The notes under the pieces were generated by a model, which ran no database searches, had not been told where the DNA came from, and worked only from the letters and a program-made list of their open reading frames with translations. Below are positions 1-11,792 of a stretch of 64,000 bases of DNA, piece after piece. The stretch spans positions 620,001-684,000 of the forward strand of contig BROI01000009.1 of NCBI GenBank assembly GCA_027923505.1, written 5' to 3'. Each line of letters starts with the position of its first letter. Position 1 is the stretch's first letter. A program made the translations under genes and the position numbers. Source of the stretch: Mayamaea pseudoterrestris (lineage: Eukaryota).

Positions 1-19
1 TGTGCTTTGATCATTACAG

Positions 20-2377
20 TAAAACCACCACAGTGGTTGAACTCATTCAGCAAGCTGTCATCACGCGTGGATTCAAAGTTTTGGTGGCTGCACCAAGCAA
101 CATCGCTGTCGACAATATTTTGGAACGATTACTAGCGGGTTGCAATGTCGGCAGCAATATTAGTAAGCGAAACGCCGGCAAACTTCGCGTTGTAAGGCTC
201 GGTCATCCTGCGCGTTTACAGCCGAAGGTACTTCCACATTCACTCGAAGCCTTGGTGCAAAAGGCGGAAGGAACGGAGATTGTTTCGGATGTGCGCAGTG
301 AGCTCAACTCGTTCCTGCGGATCCTTAATAGTCCCAAGAGTCGAGCAAACGACAAACGACTAGCTTACAAGGAAGTCAAAGCACTGCGAAAAGAATTGCG
401 AACGCGCGAGGAAAAGGTCGTTCAGGAATTATTAAATAATGCGCAGGTTGTATTGGCGACGTGTGTGGGAGCTAGCAATAGACTCTTGCGTGACCAAAAA
501 TTTGATCTTGTTATAATTGACGAAGCGGCGCAAGCTCTTGAAACAGAGTGCTGGATTCCTGCTTTGCGAGGCGTAAAGCTGGTATTGGCGGGTGATCATT
601 GCCAATTGCCACCGACGATCAAGTCTACAATTTTCGAAGTTGAGCGAGGACTCAGTCGGACCATGTTTGAGCGTGTAATGGATTTGTATGGCGACATTAG
701 GCAACCCGCCAAGGACGGCCATGTTTCGCGCATGCTTAACGTTCAGTATCGAATGCACGAAACAATCTCGGACTGGGCTTCGCAAGCGATGTACCACGGA
801 CAGCTTCGGACACATGAAGATGTCCGGCTGCGCACTTTATTGCAATTAACTGGCCAGTCCGACGATGATAATTTGTGTGAGACGGCGTTGATGCTGATTG
901 ATACGTCTGGTTGTCATATGCATGAGTCTGTGAACGCTGCTGGGTCACGTTATAATGTTGGCGAGGCCGAAATCGTGGCTCGTCAGGTGCGCGCACTCGT
1001 GAATGTTTTGGGTGTGCAACAAGAAGAGATTGCCGTCATAACACCATACAATGGTCAGGTCGAGATTCTAAGAACAATCCTTCTCGCAGACTTCCCAAAG
1101 CTAGAAATTCGAAGTGTTGACGGGTTCCAGGGTGGCGAGCGTGAAGTAGTTATTCTCAGTCTTGTGCGAAGCAGTGAGAGGTGCGGCAAGGATGGAATCG
1201 GTTTTTTGCAGAATGAGCGTCGTCTCAATGTTGCGTAAGTCAGGACATTTTGTTTTAGTGATTTGTATGGTATATGATGCTAACAACTGTCGTCAACTTC
1301 CCTCTACGAAGTATCACCCGCGCAAAGCGTCACTGTAGCGTAATCTGCGATTCTGAAACTGTTTCGCAGTCGCTTTTCATTAAAAACCTGTTGGCATGGA
1401 TTGATGAACACGGTGATCCTCGATCGGCGCTGGATTACTCGCATGATTGGCACTCTGGTGCAATAAACAGCGACATGTTGGATGCTGAGTGTGTTCTGAA
1501 TGGACTGTTAAAACAATCAACGCCTGCCCGTACGACAAAGGATTTGTCAAGCCAGTCGTCACCCAGGGATGGTGCTACACGGCGGAAAGAGTTGTTACAT
1601 GTTTTTGATGAGTTTGTCGAGTCAGCAGGTCCAGGAGATGCGATGTCGTTTAGCTCAGAGCTCAATTCATACGACCGTATGCTTGTCCACGAGGAAGCTG
1701 AGAAAAGAGGCATTGGACATTGTAGCGAAGGGGACGGTTCAAGTCGCCGCTTAGTTCTATCCTTGCCTGCAACGTCTATTAGCAACAACTTGGACGCATC
1801 GGAAGCCATCGCTTTGTCGTCGCATGGAAAAATATTCGACGGAGGAGCGATTGCTGATAATACAAAGTGTGACAATGGTCTTAACAAAGGAATCATTCAT
1901 CACGCAGCTTTGATCGACCTTAATAAAGTCAGTCCAGACCCGATTGTTAAGGAGCCCTCGTTCGAAGTAAACAATATACTCGGCAGTTTGGCCAACGAGC
2001 GAAAGGAGCGAGACCGGCATAGGCGTGCATCGGCGGGAGAGCAAGAGCGAAAGCCGACAAGCGCCAAAGGCACTAAGTCAAAGAAGAGTCACAAGCTGGG
2101 CGGAAGAGCAAGGACAGGTGTTGCGTCAGTCGATAACGAAAGTCTCAACGGCCTCGACGACATCGCATTTCTAGAAGTACAGATTGAAAAGGTTCAGACA
2201 TCTCACGGTCGGACGATTGATGCGAAAGGTGCGGGCTACCGCACCATCGTCAACGGTGTATTGCTGGCCAAGCCTAAAGCAGAAGTGAAAAAGCAGGACG
2301 CTTGCAAATCTGCGGCTCTCCAAAAGAAACTACAGCAAGCGCAGCTTGCGCGTAAAACGAAGAGTAACAAGAAATAG
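20..2377 (+). CDS. IGHMBP2: SF1 Upf1-like helicase, IGHMBP2/Hcs1-like, with C-terminal R3H domain (5' partial; exons 20-1234 and 1312-2377)
   Basis: Acceptor ttacAG at 18-19, then (G)KTTTVVELI, the Walker A split by an intron. Motifs APSNIAVDN, DEAAQ, LAGDHCQLPP, QYRMH, VITPY, VDGFQGGE. Intron 1235-1311 (GTAAGT, gctaac branch, AG) joins RRLNVA to ITRAKR. R3H motif NSYDRMLVHEEAEKRGIGH. Confidence 0.9.
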
Positions 2378-2498
2378 AAGGCATAGTGTAACATGTAGTG
2401 TTCCTAAGTAGTTTATTCATGAGCGAAAGCAACACAAGTGGGAGTCACTTTGGGACAGCCATCAGTATAAGTTGATTTAACGTCGCAATCGTTTAGTT

Positions 2499-4406
2499 TC
2501 AGTCGACGCGGCAAACACCGTCCCAGCAACTCGGACCTGCGGCAGGGACAACGCGAATAATGTTTGCTGCTCCTGGTGTACCAAAGGGCAAGCCAGCAGT
2601 GACCACAAGCAAGTCATTCGGATCCGAAACCAATCCCTTGTTCAGAGACGCGCGGCAAGCATTGCGGAGGACGACATCGAAGTCGTTCGTCGACTCCTCT
2701 ACAACAGGCTTGTCGTAGTTAAACATGTCGTCTTCTGAAACAGATCCGTAGCTTCCCGGCTTGGAAAGTTCAGGATACACACCCCAGCTTAAAGCCAATT
2801 GACGGGCAGTCTCTCGGAAAGGACAGAGAGCAAGAATAGGAACGCTCGGGCGCTTTCTGGCAGCCCGCAAAACGGTTGAACCACGTAGTGAGAAACAAAC
2901 AATGGCCTTGGCATTAATTGATCTGGCAATCTGGCGGGCAGCAACAATGACGGCGTCTGATGCAGTGTTTTCAGGAATGACGACATTCTGTTCCAAATAA
3001 CTGCGATAGTGCTGGTCAGATTCGACGCGATTAATGATTCGCTGCTGCATGGTGACGGCCTCAATAGGATACATGCCAGCGGCACTCTCGGCGCTCAGCA
3101 TGATGGCATCAGCTCCGTCGTAGATCGCAGTGGCACAGTCGGATGCTTCAGCGCGTGTGGGCGTGGGACTTTCTATCATGCTTTCGAGCATCTGCAAATG
3201 AAGATTGCGAAAAAATTAAGAGTGTGTCGGACAAGCGTGTATGCAATTATTGCCGAACAAAACCCACCTGTGTGGCAACAATAACTGGCTTGCCCTGCCT
3301 GCGGCACTCGTCAATAATGCGCTTTTGCAATATTGGGACATCCTCTGGCGGACACTCGACTCCCAGGTCTCCACGAGCGACCATAATACCATTGCTGATC
3401 GTCACAATCCTCTCAAGATTGTCGCCTTCAAAGCAGCTTGGCTTTTCAATCTTGGCCAGCACTGCCGGTCGAAACATTCCAGCCGGTAAGTACTGGTCGA
3501 TCAACAAATTCATTTCCTCAATATCATTTGGAGTCTGAACAAAGGAAAGTGCGACCCAATCCACTCCAATTTTGAGCATGTACTCCAAGTCGGATCGATC
3601 CTTGGGAGTCAGTGGGCTAATATCAAGAATGCAGTCGGGCGTGTTGACTCCTTTGCGGTCCTTGATTTTGCCCGGAACGTCAACGCGGCAGTACAACCAT
3701 GAGTCGCCTTTGGAAACAACCGTGAGCTTGACCTTGCCGTCGTCAATTAAAAGCGCGTGCCCAACTTCACTCGCGGTAATAATTTCTGGATGAGGGAGCT
3801 GTACGCGGTTCTTGTCGCCCTTTGCAGTGTCAAGATCGAGGCGAAAAGTGGCGCCCTTTTCAAGATACTCGCCTTCGGGATTGGAGAATTCACCGACCTG
3901 TACGTCAATCAAAGGAGATGCAAGATTGCAAATTCGGTTAGCGAAAAAACAACCAGCAATCATGCTTGATCGCTGCATGCCGCACATCCATTTCTTCATT
4001 CTACACTTACTCGCAACTTTGGTCCTTGCAAATCACCAAGAACAGCAATTGGATGATTGTACTTGTCTTCCACGACCCGAATCATCTCTAGCAACTCCTT
4101 CTTTTGTTCCTGCGATCCGTGCGAAAAGTTGAGACGGAAGACGTCAGCGCCGGCCAGAAAGAGCTTTTCAATCATCTCCACGTTCGATGAAACTGGTCCT
4201 AGCGTAATAACTTGCTTGGTTGACTTGCGCCAGCGCTGCGCTACCTTGGGGACGGCCGCGACGGTGAGTTCGGCTGGAACTGTAGAAGTGGTGTCGCCGT
4301 TCAGAGTGGCCGAGTAGAGGCGCGATGCGAAGGATGCCTTGGTTTTGACTGATGGCACAAACGCTGCCGTCGAAGCGAATAGCGATAGCAGGATAACAAT
4401 CTTCAT
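2499..4406 (-). CDS. PK: Pyruvate kinase, plastid-targeted (exons 4406-4011, 3897-3268, 3191-2499)
   Basis: Motifs [66 protein letters not shown]. Two GT-AG introns (4010-3898, 3267-3192) restore the frame. N-terminus [18 protein letters not shown] is a signal peptide with an ASAF-type motif. Confidence 0.95.
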
Positions 4407-5124
4407 GATGCAAGTGTGTTCTTTTGCAACGAAATTATGATGATGAAGATGGTCGACGGAATCTTTCAACAAGCAAGCTTGACGTATGCGAAATAACGAC
4501 GGCGTTTCTCGCGAGTGGACGACATCAGCGACGTGCATGTGTCACGCTTGTCGCATGGCGTTCCAAAGCGTCTAAGTAGGAAACGTCACTATATCTTTCT
4601 GCAGTACGTCAGTCTCGATCCGTGCCATCGCGCACATTGGCCATCGTTCATGTTTCGAAAGATCCGTTTCCTTGTCCGTCGAATGACATATGCATACCGG
4701 TAGATCCCACGAGTCATCTGAACCCTCGCGAGCATCGCCAGTCGTCGGTCCACGCCAAGCTATGAGCGGTCTGCATTGTTGGTACCATAATGACCCCCCA
4801 CAACCGATCGTTTCGACGCTTGTGACGGATGACGCCGATCGCACGTCGCACACTTTGAAGGATTGAAACTGATCGCAGCGCATACAACTTTGAGACCGAG
4901 GCAAGTGGAATGGACCATGCATCTCGTGAGGCAAAATATGGTAATTTCCTTTAAATCAAAGTTGAGTCTATACGAATAAATTATCATTCACAGCGTAGCA
5001 GTCACGCTCAACGATTCTTCATCGGCGTTAGACAAGACGACTTTCATGCGATTAGTCGCTCGAACAAGAAGAATTAGCGCATCAATTTGCGTTACATAGA
5101 CTACAAATTACAAATCTATTGTGA

Positions 5125-7839
5125 TTACAACTGTTTAGCAAGTTCTAGTGTAACTCTAATCAAAACAATAGGATTCGACTCGATTTCGCCTGTCTCACTA
5201 TTGATATGGCATGCTCCGCAACCCATTGGATCCTTAATAGCAGCAGCAGTGTCGGCATCTGCTCCGGCGAGAGGCAGCGTCTCTTGAATCTTTACTTCCG
5301 TACTTTTCCAAGCCTCTGGTCGAGTCGCCTTGGTGAAGCGTTGAAAGACAAGTGGACGAATAACGCGCTGGCCAAGTTCGTCACTCCACGTGCGAGCCTG
5401 CAGACAGTAGGAGATTCGACCATTCATTAAGTCATCCATTGTTGTTACAGCTCGTTGATCCAACACGTCTCTTGCCTCGTCCGTCATTTCAGTTGCTTCA
5501 ATTCTCCAAGGCCCGACGTAGACAGCATTTTCAGCTCCAAGTGCGAGCTCCTGTCCCTCGACGTCATACTTGTCAGACCTGCGCCAAGGAAAGCTCGCTG
5601 CATGCATTACAAAAACTCGACCGTCGTGCTGCAAGTAGACACCACAATCTTTCCGACATTGCAGCCAGCCTTCGCGTATCGTTAGAGCTCGGATGCGGTT
5701 CAAAAAGGTAGGAACAGCCTTGTCAGAAAACATTCCAATGGCGGCCGAGTGCAGCGCGTCTCTTAATACAAACTTCCAAAAGAAAACGCCTTGCCCTTTG
5801 TACGCGTCCGTTTCAAATACAATTCCCATTGGTTTTCGTTGCACCTTGTCTAGGAATGGTTTAAAGAGCGCGGAGCGTAGCAAAGCGCGACACTGGTCAC
5901 TTTCCACCGCCAGGTCGCTTAGATTGTTCATGCTGCCTTCGCCATAGATCTCCTCCAATAAAGGCAACAGCTTGTTTCGAAGCTTGCCACGGGTCGACCA
6001 ATGCGGCGTGGTATCTTTAAAATATGGAACGCCGAACAAATGCGCATAGTCGAATATGCACACTTTCTCCAAAGACAGCAACGGACGAAAGAGTGTTACG
6101 CCATCGTTGCGCGAAACGGCCGTCATGCCGCTCAACTCAATCGGTCCACAGCCCTTGTGGGCGTTCGACAAAACGTTCTCCCGCAAATCACCCCTGTGAT
6201 GGCCCAAGAATATTCCAATTGACTCTGCACTGACACTAGTTTTGAAAGATGCTTGTTGAATAGCTCGACGATAGGCGTCAAATCGAACCTGGCGAGAGAC
6301 AGTTTCGTATTCGTCTCGCGCAGTGACTCCTCGAGTCACGTGATCGATTCGACAGATCTCTAACGTAACGTTACCAAGAATATTTTTACAGTAGTGCTGG
6401 CAATAGGATGCCTCAGCTGATGACTCGGGTCGATTGGCGTAATCAATGTGCACCGCATAAATTTGCAAATTATACTGACGAATCTTCGTCAAATGACTCA
6501 AAACGGATGCAATCACCATGCTATCAACTCCTCCCGACAAGGATACAATGACGGGAAATAGTGGCTGGTGTTCACCTGTGCAAATGTTGCGAGACTGCAG
6601 AAAGGCCACAATGGCTTGGTGGACCAAGTGATGATTCGAAGGTCCCATGTCGGCGTCAAAGTGACCACACTCCAATATCTCATCATAACTAACGCTGGTA
6701 TTATGAGCATTATCTTCAACTGTGGATTGCTGGTTCGCTGTCATAGTCTCGTCGTCGTTTGTAGTAACTATACACCGATTGCCCTGTGTTCGTCGCTGCC
6801 CATCCTGCAGAACCGCCATGCGACGGTTGGTGGCTTGCCGAAAACGCCGTACCATTACATCGCACTGCACTGTGAGCTGCTCCAGCGACTGTACGTGTTG
6901 TTGTGCGTGTGATACTGACTCAATGGTGGTTTGGTGGCGCAGAGGCATGACGCCGAAAATGTACATGGTATGCGGAACCATGCCACACCGAATCTCTTGA
7001 GCGTGGTCTTGTAGAAATGATTGAGCCGTTTTCAATGCGAGCTGGTCGCAAGATTGTTGCGATGGAAGTGCCAAGCAAGTTTCTGCTGGACTTGCTGCAT
7101 CTTGTCCAGCGTCGTCATTCGCTGGCAGGTTTTCAAAGTGGCGATGCAAATGTCTTGAGAACTGATCCAGCACGATAATGGCCGCAATTTTACCATGGTA
7201 GCCGTAGCTTGTCGTCCATTGATGTAACGGCAGCAACTCGCATTCACCTTCATGTGTCGGTTGAGCCGTTAATCTCTGAAGTAAGGGAGCGAATCTATGG
7301 AAAATGCATGCGTCGACGGATGCCTGGTGCTCCGAGCCTTTTGGTATCATCCACAGACAATGTCGAGCCTGGTCCATGGTATATTGCCCAAACCAGTATT
7401 TTAAAACGTCCTGTATTTCATCGAACAATACTATTGATGAGTGTCGCATTATAAAATCAGTTGCAATATTTGGATGCTCATGGCCAGTTGCTTTTTGCTC
7501 GGCTATTCTTAGGCGTCCATCCACAGATGCCGAAGCTGGTTTGCGAGCTGGCGCTGCGCATGATGATGATGAATTTACGTCGGTATCAGAGAGAAATAGC
7601 CGCTTTACTTGCTGATTCGTTTGACGCATGACTCCTCGGAGCAGCCTGACAAGCGTTACCACAAATGATCCATTCACCAAGGCCGGCGTTCGTCTGGCGT
7701 AGTATCGAATGGCAAATGCCAGCATAGACAGCAAGCATGCTTTTGAGTGGAATGATGCTAGTGACGTGCTGCCAGGCCATGGTCTGATTGAATTGTTCCG
7801 ACCGGGCGGAGAGTAGAAAGATGTGGCAGGCGCAGTCAT
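5125..7839 (-). CDS. tilS: tRNA(Ile)-lysidine synthase (TilS)-like PP-loop protein with N-terminal DUF924-like domain
   Basis: PP-loop VSLSGGVDSMV, VHIDYANR, LGHHRGDLRENVL, RPLL, PYFKDTTP..STRGKLRNKLLPLL. The upstream part has WF..., IIVLDQFSRH and F..MPLRH motifs typical of DUF924. Start codon uncertain. Confidence 0.75.
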   Translation of the reverse strand: MTAPATSFYSPPGRNNSIRPWPGSTSLASFHSKACLLSMLAFAIRYYARRTPALVNGSFVVTLVRLLRGVMRQTNQQVKRLFLSDTDVNSSSSCAAPARKPASASVDGRLRIAEQKATGHEHPNIATDFIMRHSSIVLFDEIQDVLKYWFGQYTMDQARHCLWMIPKGSEHQASVDACIFHRFAPLLQRLTAQPTHEGECELLPLHQWTTSYGYHGKIAAIIVLDQFSRHLHRHFENLPANDDAGQDAASPAETCLALPSQQSCDQLALKTAQSFLQDHAQEIRCGMVPHTMYIFGVMPLRHQTTIESVSHAQQHVQSLEQLTVQCDVMVRRFRQATNRRMAVLQDGQRRTQGNRCIVTTNDDETMTANQQSTVEDNAHNTSVSYDEILECGHFDADMGPSNHHLVHQAIVAFLQSRNICTGEHQPLFPVIVSLSGGVDSMVIASVLSHLTKIRQYNLQIYAVHIDYANRPESSAEASYCQHYCKNILGNVTLEICRIDHVTRGVTARDEYETVSRQVRFDAYRRAIQQASFKTSVSAESIGIFLGHHRGDLRENVLSNAHKGCGPIELSGMTAVSRNDGVTLFRPLLSLEKVCIFDYAHLFGVPYFKDTTPHWSTRGKLRNKLLPLLEEIYGEGSMNNLSDLAVESDQCRALLRSALFKPFLDKVQRKPMGIVFETDAYKGQGVFFWKFVLRDALHSAAIGMFSDKAVPTFLNRIRALTIREGWLQCRKDCGVYLQHDGRVFVMHAASFPWRRSDKYDVEGQELALGAENAVYVGPWRIEATEMTDEARDVLDQRAVTTMDDLMNGRISYCLQARTWSDELGQRVIRPLVFQRFTKATRPEAWKSTEVKIQETLPLAGADADTAAAIKDPMGCGACHINSETGEIESNPIVLIRVTLELAKQL

Positions 7840-8186
7840 AGGGCGGCGCGTTGTAAAAAGTTGCAGTCGCACTTAAACGTTGTATCGTCTCTGCAAGCCA
7901 GTGATGCACAAAGATGCACAAAGTATCCTAGAAGGCATTACTTTATCGAATGTGTTCCGTCTTGGTAACAACGATAAAAACTGCGTCTTGAGTCATGACG
8001 GATCCCGCCGCTCGTTCCATCATGGTGCACACTCCATCAACACAATTTTTGAATACCGTGTCTTGCTGACGTACATTTCATTGAAGCATTCAGTTTACTT
8101 ATGCCTTGTTGACGTCGCTTTCACGATTGGTGTCACCACGCCCGTTTCTTCTGATTGCAAACTGCTCGCCCCACGATCAACTCGCC

Positions 8187-10572
8187 ATGAAGAATCGCTC
8201 ACAATATCTCGAGATGGACAAGTATCAAGCTTCTTCAGTTTCCAACGCAAACGACGCCATGTCTCTCTTGGTGTCTAACAACAATAACAATCTTATCATC
8301 TCAACTGCTCCAGGCGCCTCTGCTCCACCCATGGCGTTTCCGCAGCAGCGAAAGCGCAGGGTGCCGCTCAAGCTCAAGCGTCCTCCCTTTCGTCTTCCCT
8401 CCACGTTGGTCTACTGCCGTGGTCATTTGGTTCGCTTCTATAAGGTTCCCTCCCCAGTCGCTGGTGTCAATGCGACGGAACTGATGGATGAAGGTACGTG
8501 CACTTTGCATCGAGTGCGAGTTGCCGAGTCGATGCTATTGCTGCTGCTCATCGCTGGAAAGGAGTCGTACGCGACGCATCGCCAAAAGGCGATTCGACTG
8601 CTTGCTTGCTTGCTTATCAAACATTCTCTTACACTATATACTATCCTATTCCATTCCTCTCGATACAGCGATGTTTGCCGAAGTGACGCATGGACCGACC
8701 GATCCAGAGTCGACGATACTCGTCGAGCCGAGCGAGCGCTTGACTCGGACGGCGACATTTGTCCAATCACTGCATGACGAGACGACTATGCAGACCATAG
8801 AGGAGGGTCGAGTCGGAGTCATTGAGGGTCCGAAACTGTCTCGCGAGGAGCAGTTTTTATACTGGTACTTTCAGCAAGGCTGCCCTCGCTCCAACAGCAA
8901 GCCCAAGGCGAACAAGGCGATGCGCTTCTCTTGCTTGATGCTGGCGCTCGCGGGTCTCGCAGTCGCATTCGCATTCACTAGTGGAAAGGCCACTCAGAGT
9001 GCGGCGTTGCACTTGCATGGCGAGATGCAACCCTCCGTCTCCACGATTGTCTGCGGCAACGAGACAGCGCTGGCTTTCGTCACGACGGTGGTTCCTTTCA
9101 GCGTCACGGTCGACAGTTTGATTGCGCCCAACGCGACGAAGCAAGACGGCAACAAAGCGGTTACTAAAAGCGGAGCCTCGGATGTATCGCGCGAGCTTCC
9201 AAGTTTCACTTTTGGTTGGGTTAAGGAGGATCTTTCCAAGGCGCTTGTTCCATACCCTGGCTCTCCGGTAAAGACTGCGGCTTTCAAGTCACACCTTGAC
9301 GACGACAAGGCGCTTGACGACGACAAGGCGGTTGTCGTTTTCCAGTCACGTGTGGGTGTCTCCCTTGACCGCTCCGTTTTGGACTTGCTCATGGCCAAGC
9401 CTCTTTTCGCTTTCGACTTTAGCAAGGTCACATTCAGCATGCAACCCTTGTTGATGATTGCTGCGCCACCAAGCAATCCGATTGAGTCAGTCTTGAGCGC
9501 GGCTGTGGAACCGCGTCGTGAGTCGGTCTTGAGCGCGGCTGTGGAACCACGTCGTGGATGGAGCCAGTTGATGGTTCATGGCGAAGGTCAATCGCTTGGG
9601 TCGGCCAAAGTCCACTTTGAGTTCTCGGAGGATGAGACGACTGGCGGCATGGTCCACATTGACTGCAAGTACAACGACAATTCACCTGGCTGGTTTAAAA
9701 GTAAGACGGTTGCTTTGGCACAAGTCACGCTTGTTCGCTCGCATGATCCATTTGCGGGGCGAGAGCTCTTGACGGTTGGCTTTGGGGACGGGCGTTTCAG
9801 TGTCACAGTCGTTTGCAGCGACGTTGCGGTTTCAAGCGAGTCCTTTCCAGCACCTTCGATGCCAACCAAGGGTACCAAAGCCTCTTCAAATGCTTCCTTT
9901 GAGTCGGACGCAAGCTCCTGTTGGCGGCTCTACCATGTTTTAATAGTGGTGTGGGTGGCATTATGCATCATCGGCAAGCGAGCAAGACGTCGTCGTTTCT
10001 TTGAGAAGCGTCGTCGTCAAGTTGCTAAGGCCATGCGCAAGGCAGCTTTGGAAGAGGAGGAACGCAGCAAGGCAGCTTTGGAAGAGGAGGAGCGCAGCAA
10101 GGCAGCCTTGGAAGAGGAGGAGCGCAGCAAGGCAGCCTTGGAAGAGGAGGAGCGCAGCAAGGCAGCTTTGGAAGAGCAGCAACAATGCAGCAACGCTCCA
10201 CGTGGACGTCATATTCATTTTTCCGAACAGATTTCAGTCCGGAGCTTTGATCGAACGGTTGGGTGTCGAATGCGGCAGGATCTCATTGATGGAAGACCTC
10301 CCGAGCCTGAGGGCTACCAGCTGGGGCTTGACTGGACCTTTGAGGATAGTAACGCAGACCTTGACTCATTTGGGCATGGTTGCAGCCGGCAGGATCAGTC
10401 AGGATACCTCATCGATCGGGGTGTGGCGCGTCGGCAGATTCTCTTGGATCATGGGTTGGCGCTGATGGAGATCGAGTCTTTGGATTGGGACGACCGGAGG
10501 AGCTACCTTGCTGATTTGGATGCCTTTTTCTCCAAAGCTGATGATGACGATGACGACGCGGCTGGCTATTAG
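8187..10572 (+). CDS. Hypothetical membrane protein with internal repeats, coiled coil and a diatom-type C-terminal motif (exons 8187-8493, 8669-10572)
   Basis: Donor G|GTACGT at 8494 and acceptor tacAG at 8668 join two ORFs in frame. Two hydrophobic segments (LMLALAGLAVAFAF; VLIVVWVALCIIG followed by a basic stretch). C-terminal HIHF..ISVRSFDRTVG...LGLDW. Confidence 0.6.
9295..9555 (+). repeat. Two short in-frame tandem duplications (18 bp x2 at 9295-9330; 36 bp x2 at 9484-9555)
   Basis: cttgacgacgacaaggcg occurs twice (LDDDKA). gagtc(a/g)gtcttgagcgcggctgtggaacc(g/a)cgtcgt occurs twice (ESVLSAAVEPRR). Confidence 0.95.
10037..10176 (+). repeat. Coding minisatellite, 30-bp unit x ~4.7 (KAALEEEERS)
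   Basis: Unit gcaaggcagc(t/c)ttggaagaggagga(a/g)cgca starts at 10037, 10067, 10097, 10127 and 10157 (partial). Confidence 0.97.
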
Positions 10573-11792
10573 CCAGCCCGTTGGGATGAGTGCATGTCGC
10601 GTGTTGTGTTTAAGTGTTTACTGTCTGAGTGTGTCTGTTTTGCGTCTGAGTGTTGCATACTGAGTGAGATGGAAGGACTTTGAGTGAGGTGCGACCAATT
10701 GATTGTGTATTGACTGGCATTCATACACATAATCTTACATTTTTTCTTCCTTCTTTTGTATTGCAGGTTGTTGTTGGTGTTTTCGGCTCGGTTCCTTTCG
10801 GTGTGGCGGTGTTATTTTTTCGTTCGGCCTGATGTTGAAGGTGTGCACGGTGGAACTCTACTTGTGTCCTATTGACGGGCACAAGTGTCAGGTATTCTTG
10901 CGGCAGCATTGCGCGGTTAGACAAGCGTCCTACAGACGTCCGCGAGATACCAGGCTTTTGAGTTTAAACCACCAGCATGCGCCTTCACTGAAGGTTGTTC
11001 ACCCTCGGCGTCTCGGAGATGTGTCGGTGGAGGATTTCTATCTCGGGTGTCTCTGGTTGCAGGTGGCGGGTCCATATTGGTTGCACTATTGTGTCGTTAT
11101 CCCAGTCCATGGCCGATCTGCACGAAGCCAGAGACGTGAAGCCCTTGAGAGTCGCGCCTCCGTGCCCGATCACTGATCCTTGATTGTCCCCTTTACTTTC
11201 GGTGGTCATATATACATATCTATTCTAAATTCGATTCATATTACTGTAGGTTCAATGTTTTAACAATCATTTTGTCTTTAGTAGACCGTGTACTAGATTT
11301 AAACGTATCGTAGGAGTATGCATATGTAGATCTTCGATTTGGTATTCATGAAAATCATTACGGCCTCTGTCCTACTTCAACATACGTGTTGACTTGGCAC
11401 GTGCAAATGCCTCTCAGTGCGAGAAACGCCCGATAACATGACGCCAGTGACTCCGGTCTGTTCCGTTGAATCTTGAAAAGCCTTTTCGCATGGAGCACCA
11501 TAACATGGCACAGCGCAGCCCTTGTGCCCATCTACCGACAATACATCGCCCTTTCGCAAGCACTTCAAAAGTGTATATAACATTGAATCAGCTTGGGCTA
11601 TCGAGGATATTGAGCTTGCCATCTTCGACCAGCCAAGAAGATCATTTGCAAAGCCCGTGTTTTGTTCAATCCTTGTCGAGGTGCGGTGCGGTGCGTAGCT
11701 TCTGAAGCTCGCCAAGTGTGACTCAGATTGGAAGCGGTGACACAGACCGCAATTATCCGCTACTGTACTTGGCTTCAAAGCTCGTTAATCAA

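Noticed and set aside
1238..1274. Two separate genes or a frameshifted helicase
   Set aside because: Explained by intron 1235-1311, which restores NVAITRAKR.
4953..4963. aaatcaaagtt match to repeat family A upstream of pyruvate kinase
   Set aside because: Only 11 AT-rich bases match, with no flanking similarity. Chance cannot be excluded.
7880..11300. Autonomous transposable element or viral insertion
   Set aside because: No transposase, RT, integrase, LTR or terminal inverted repeats were recognised.
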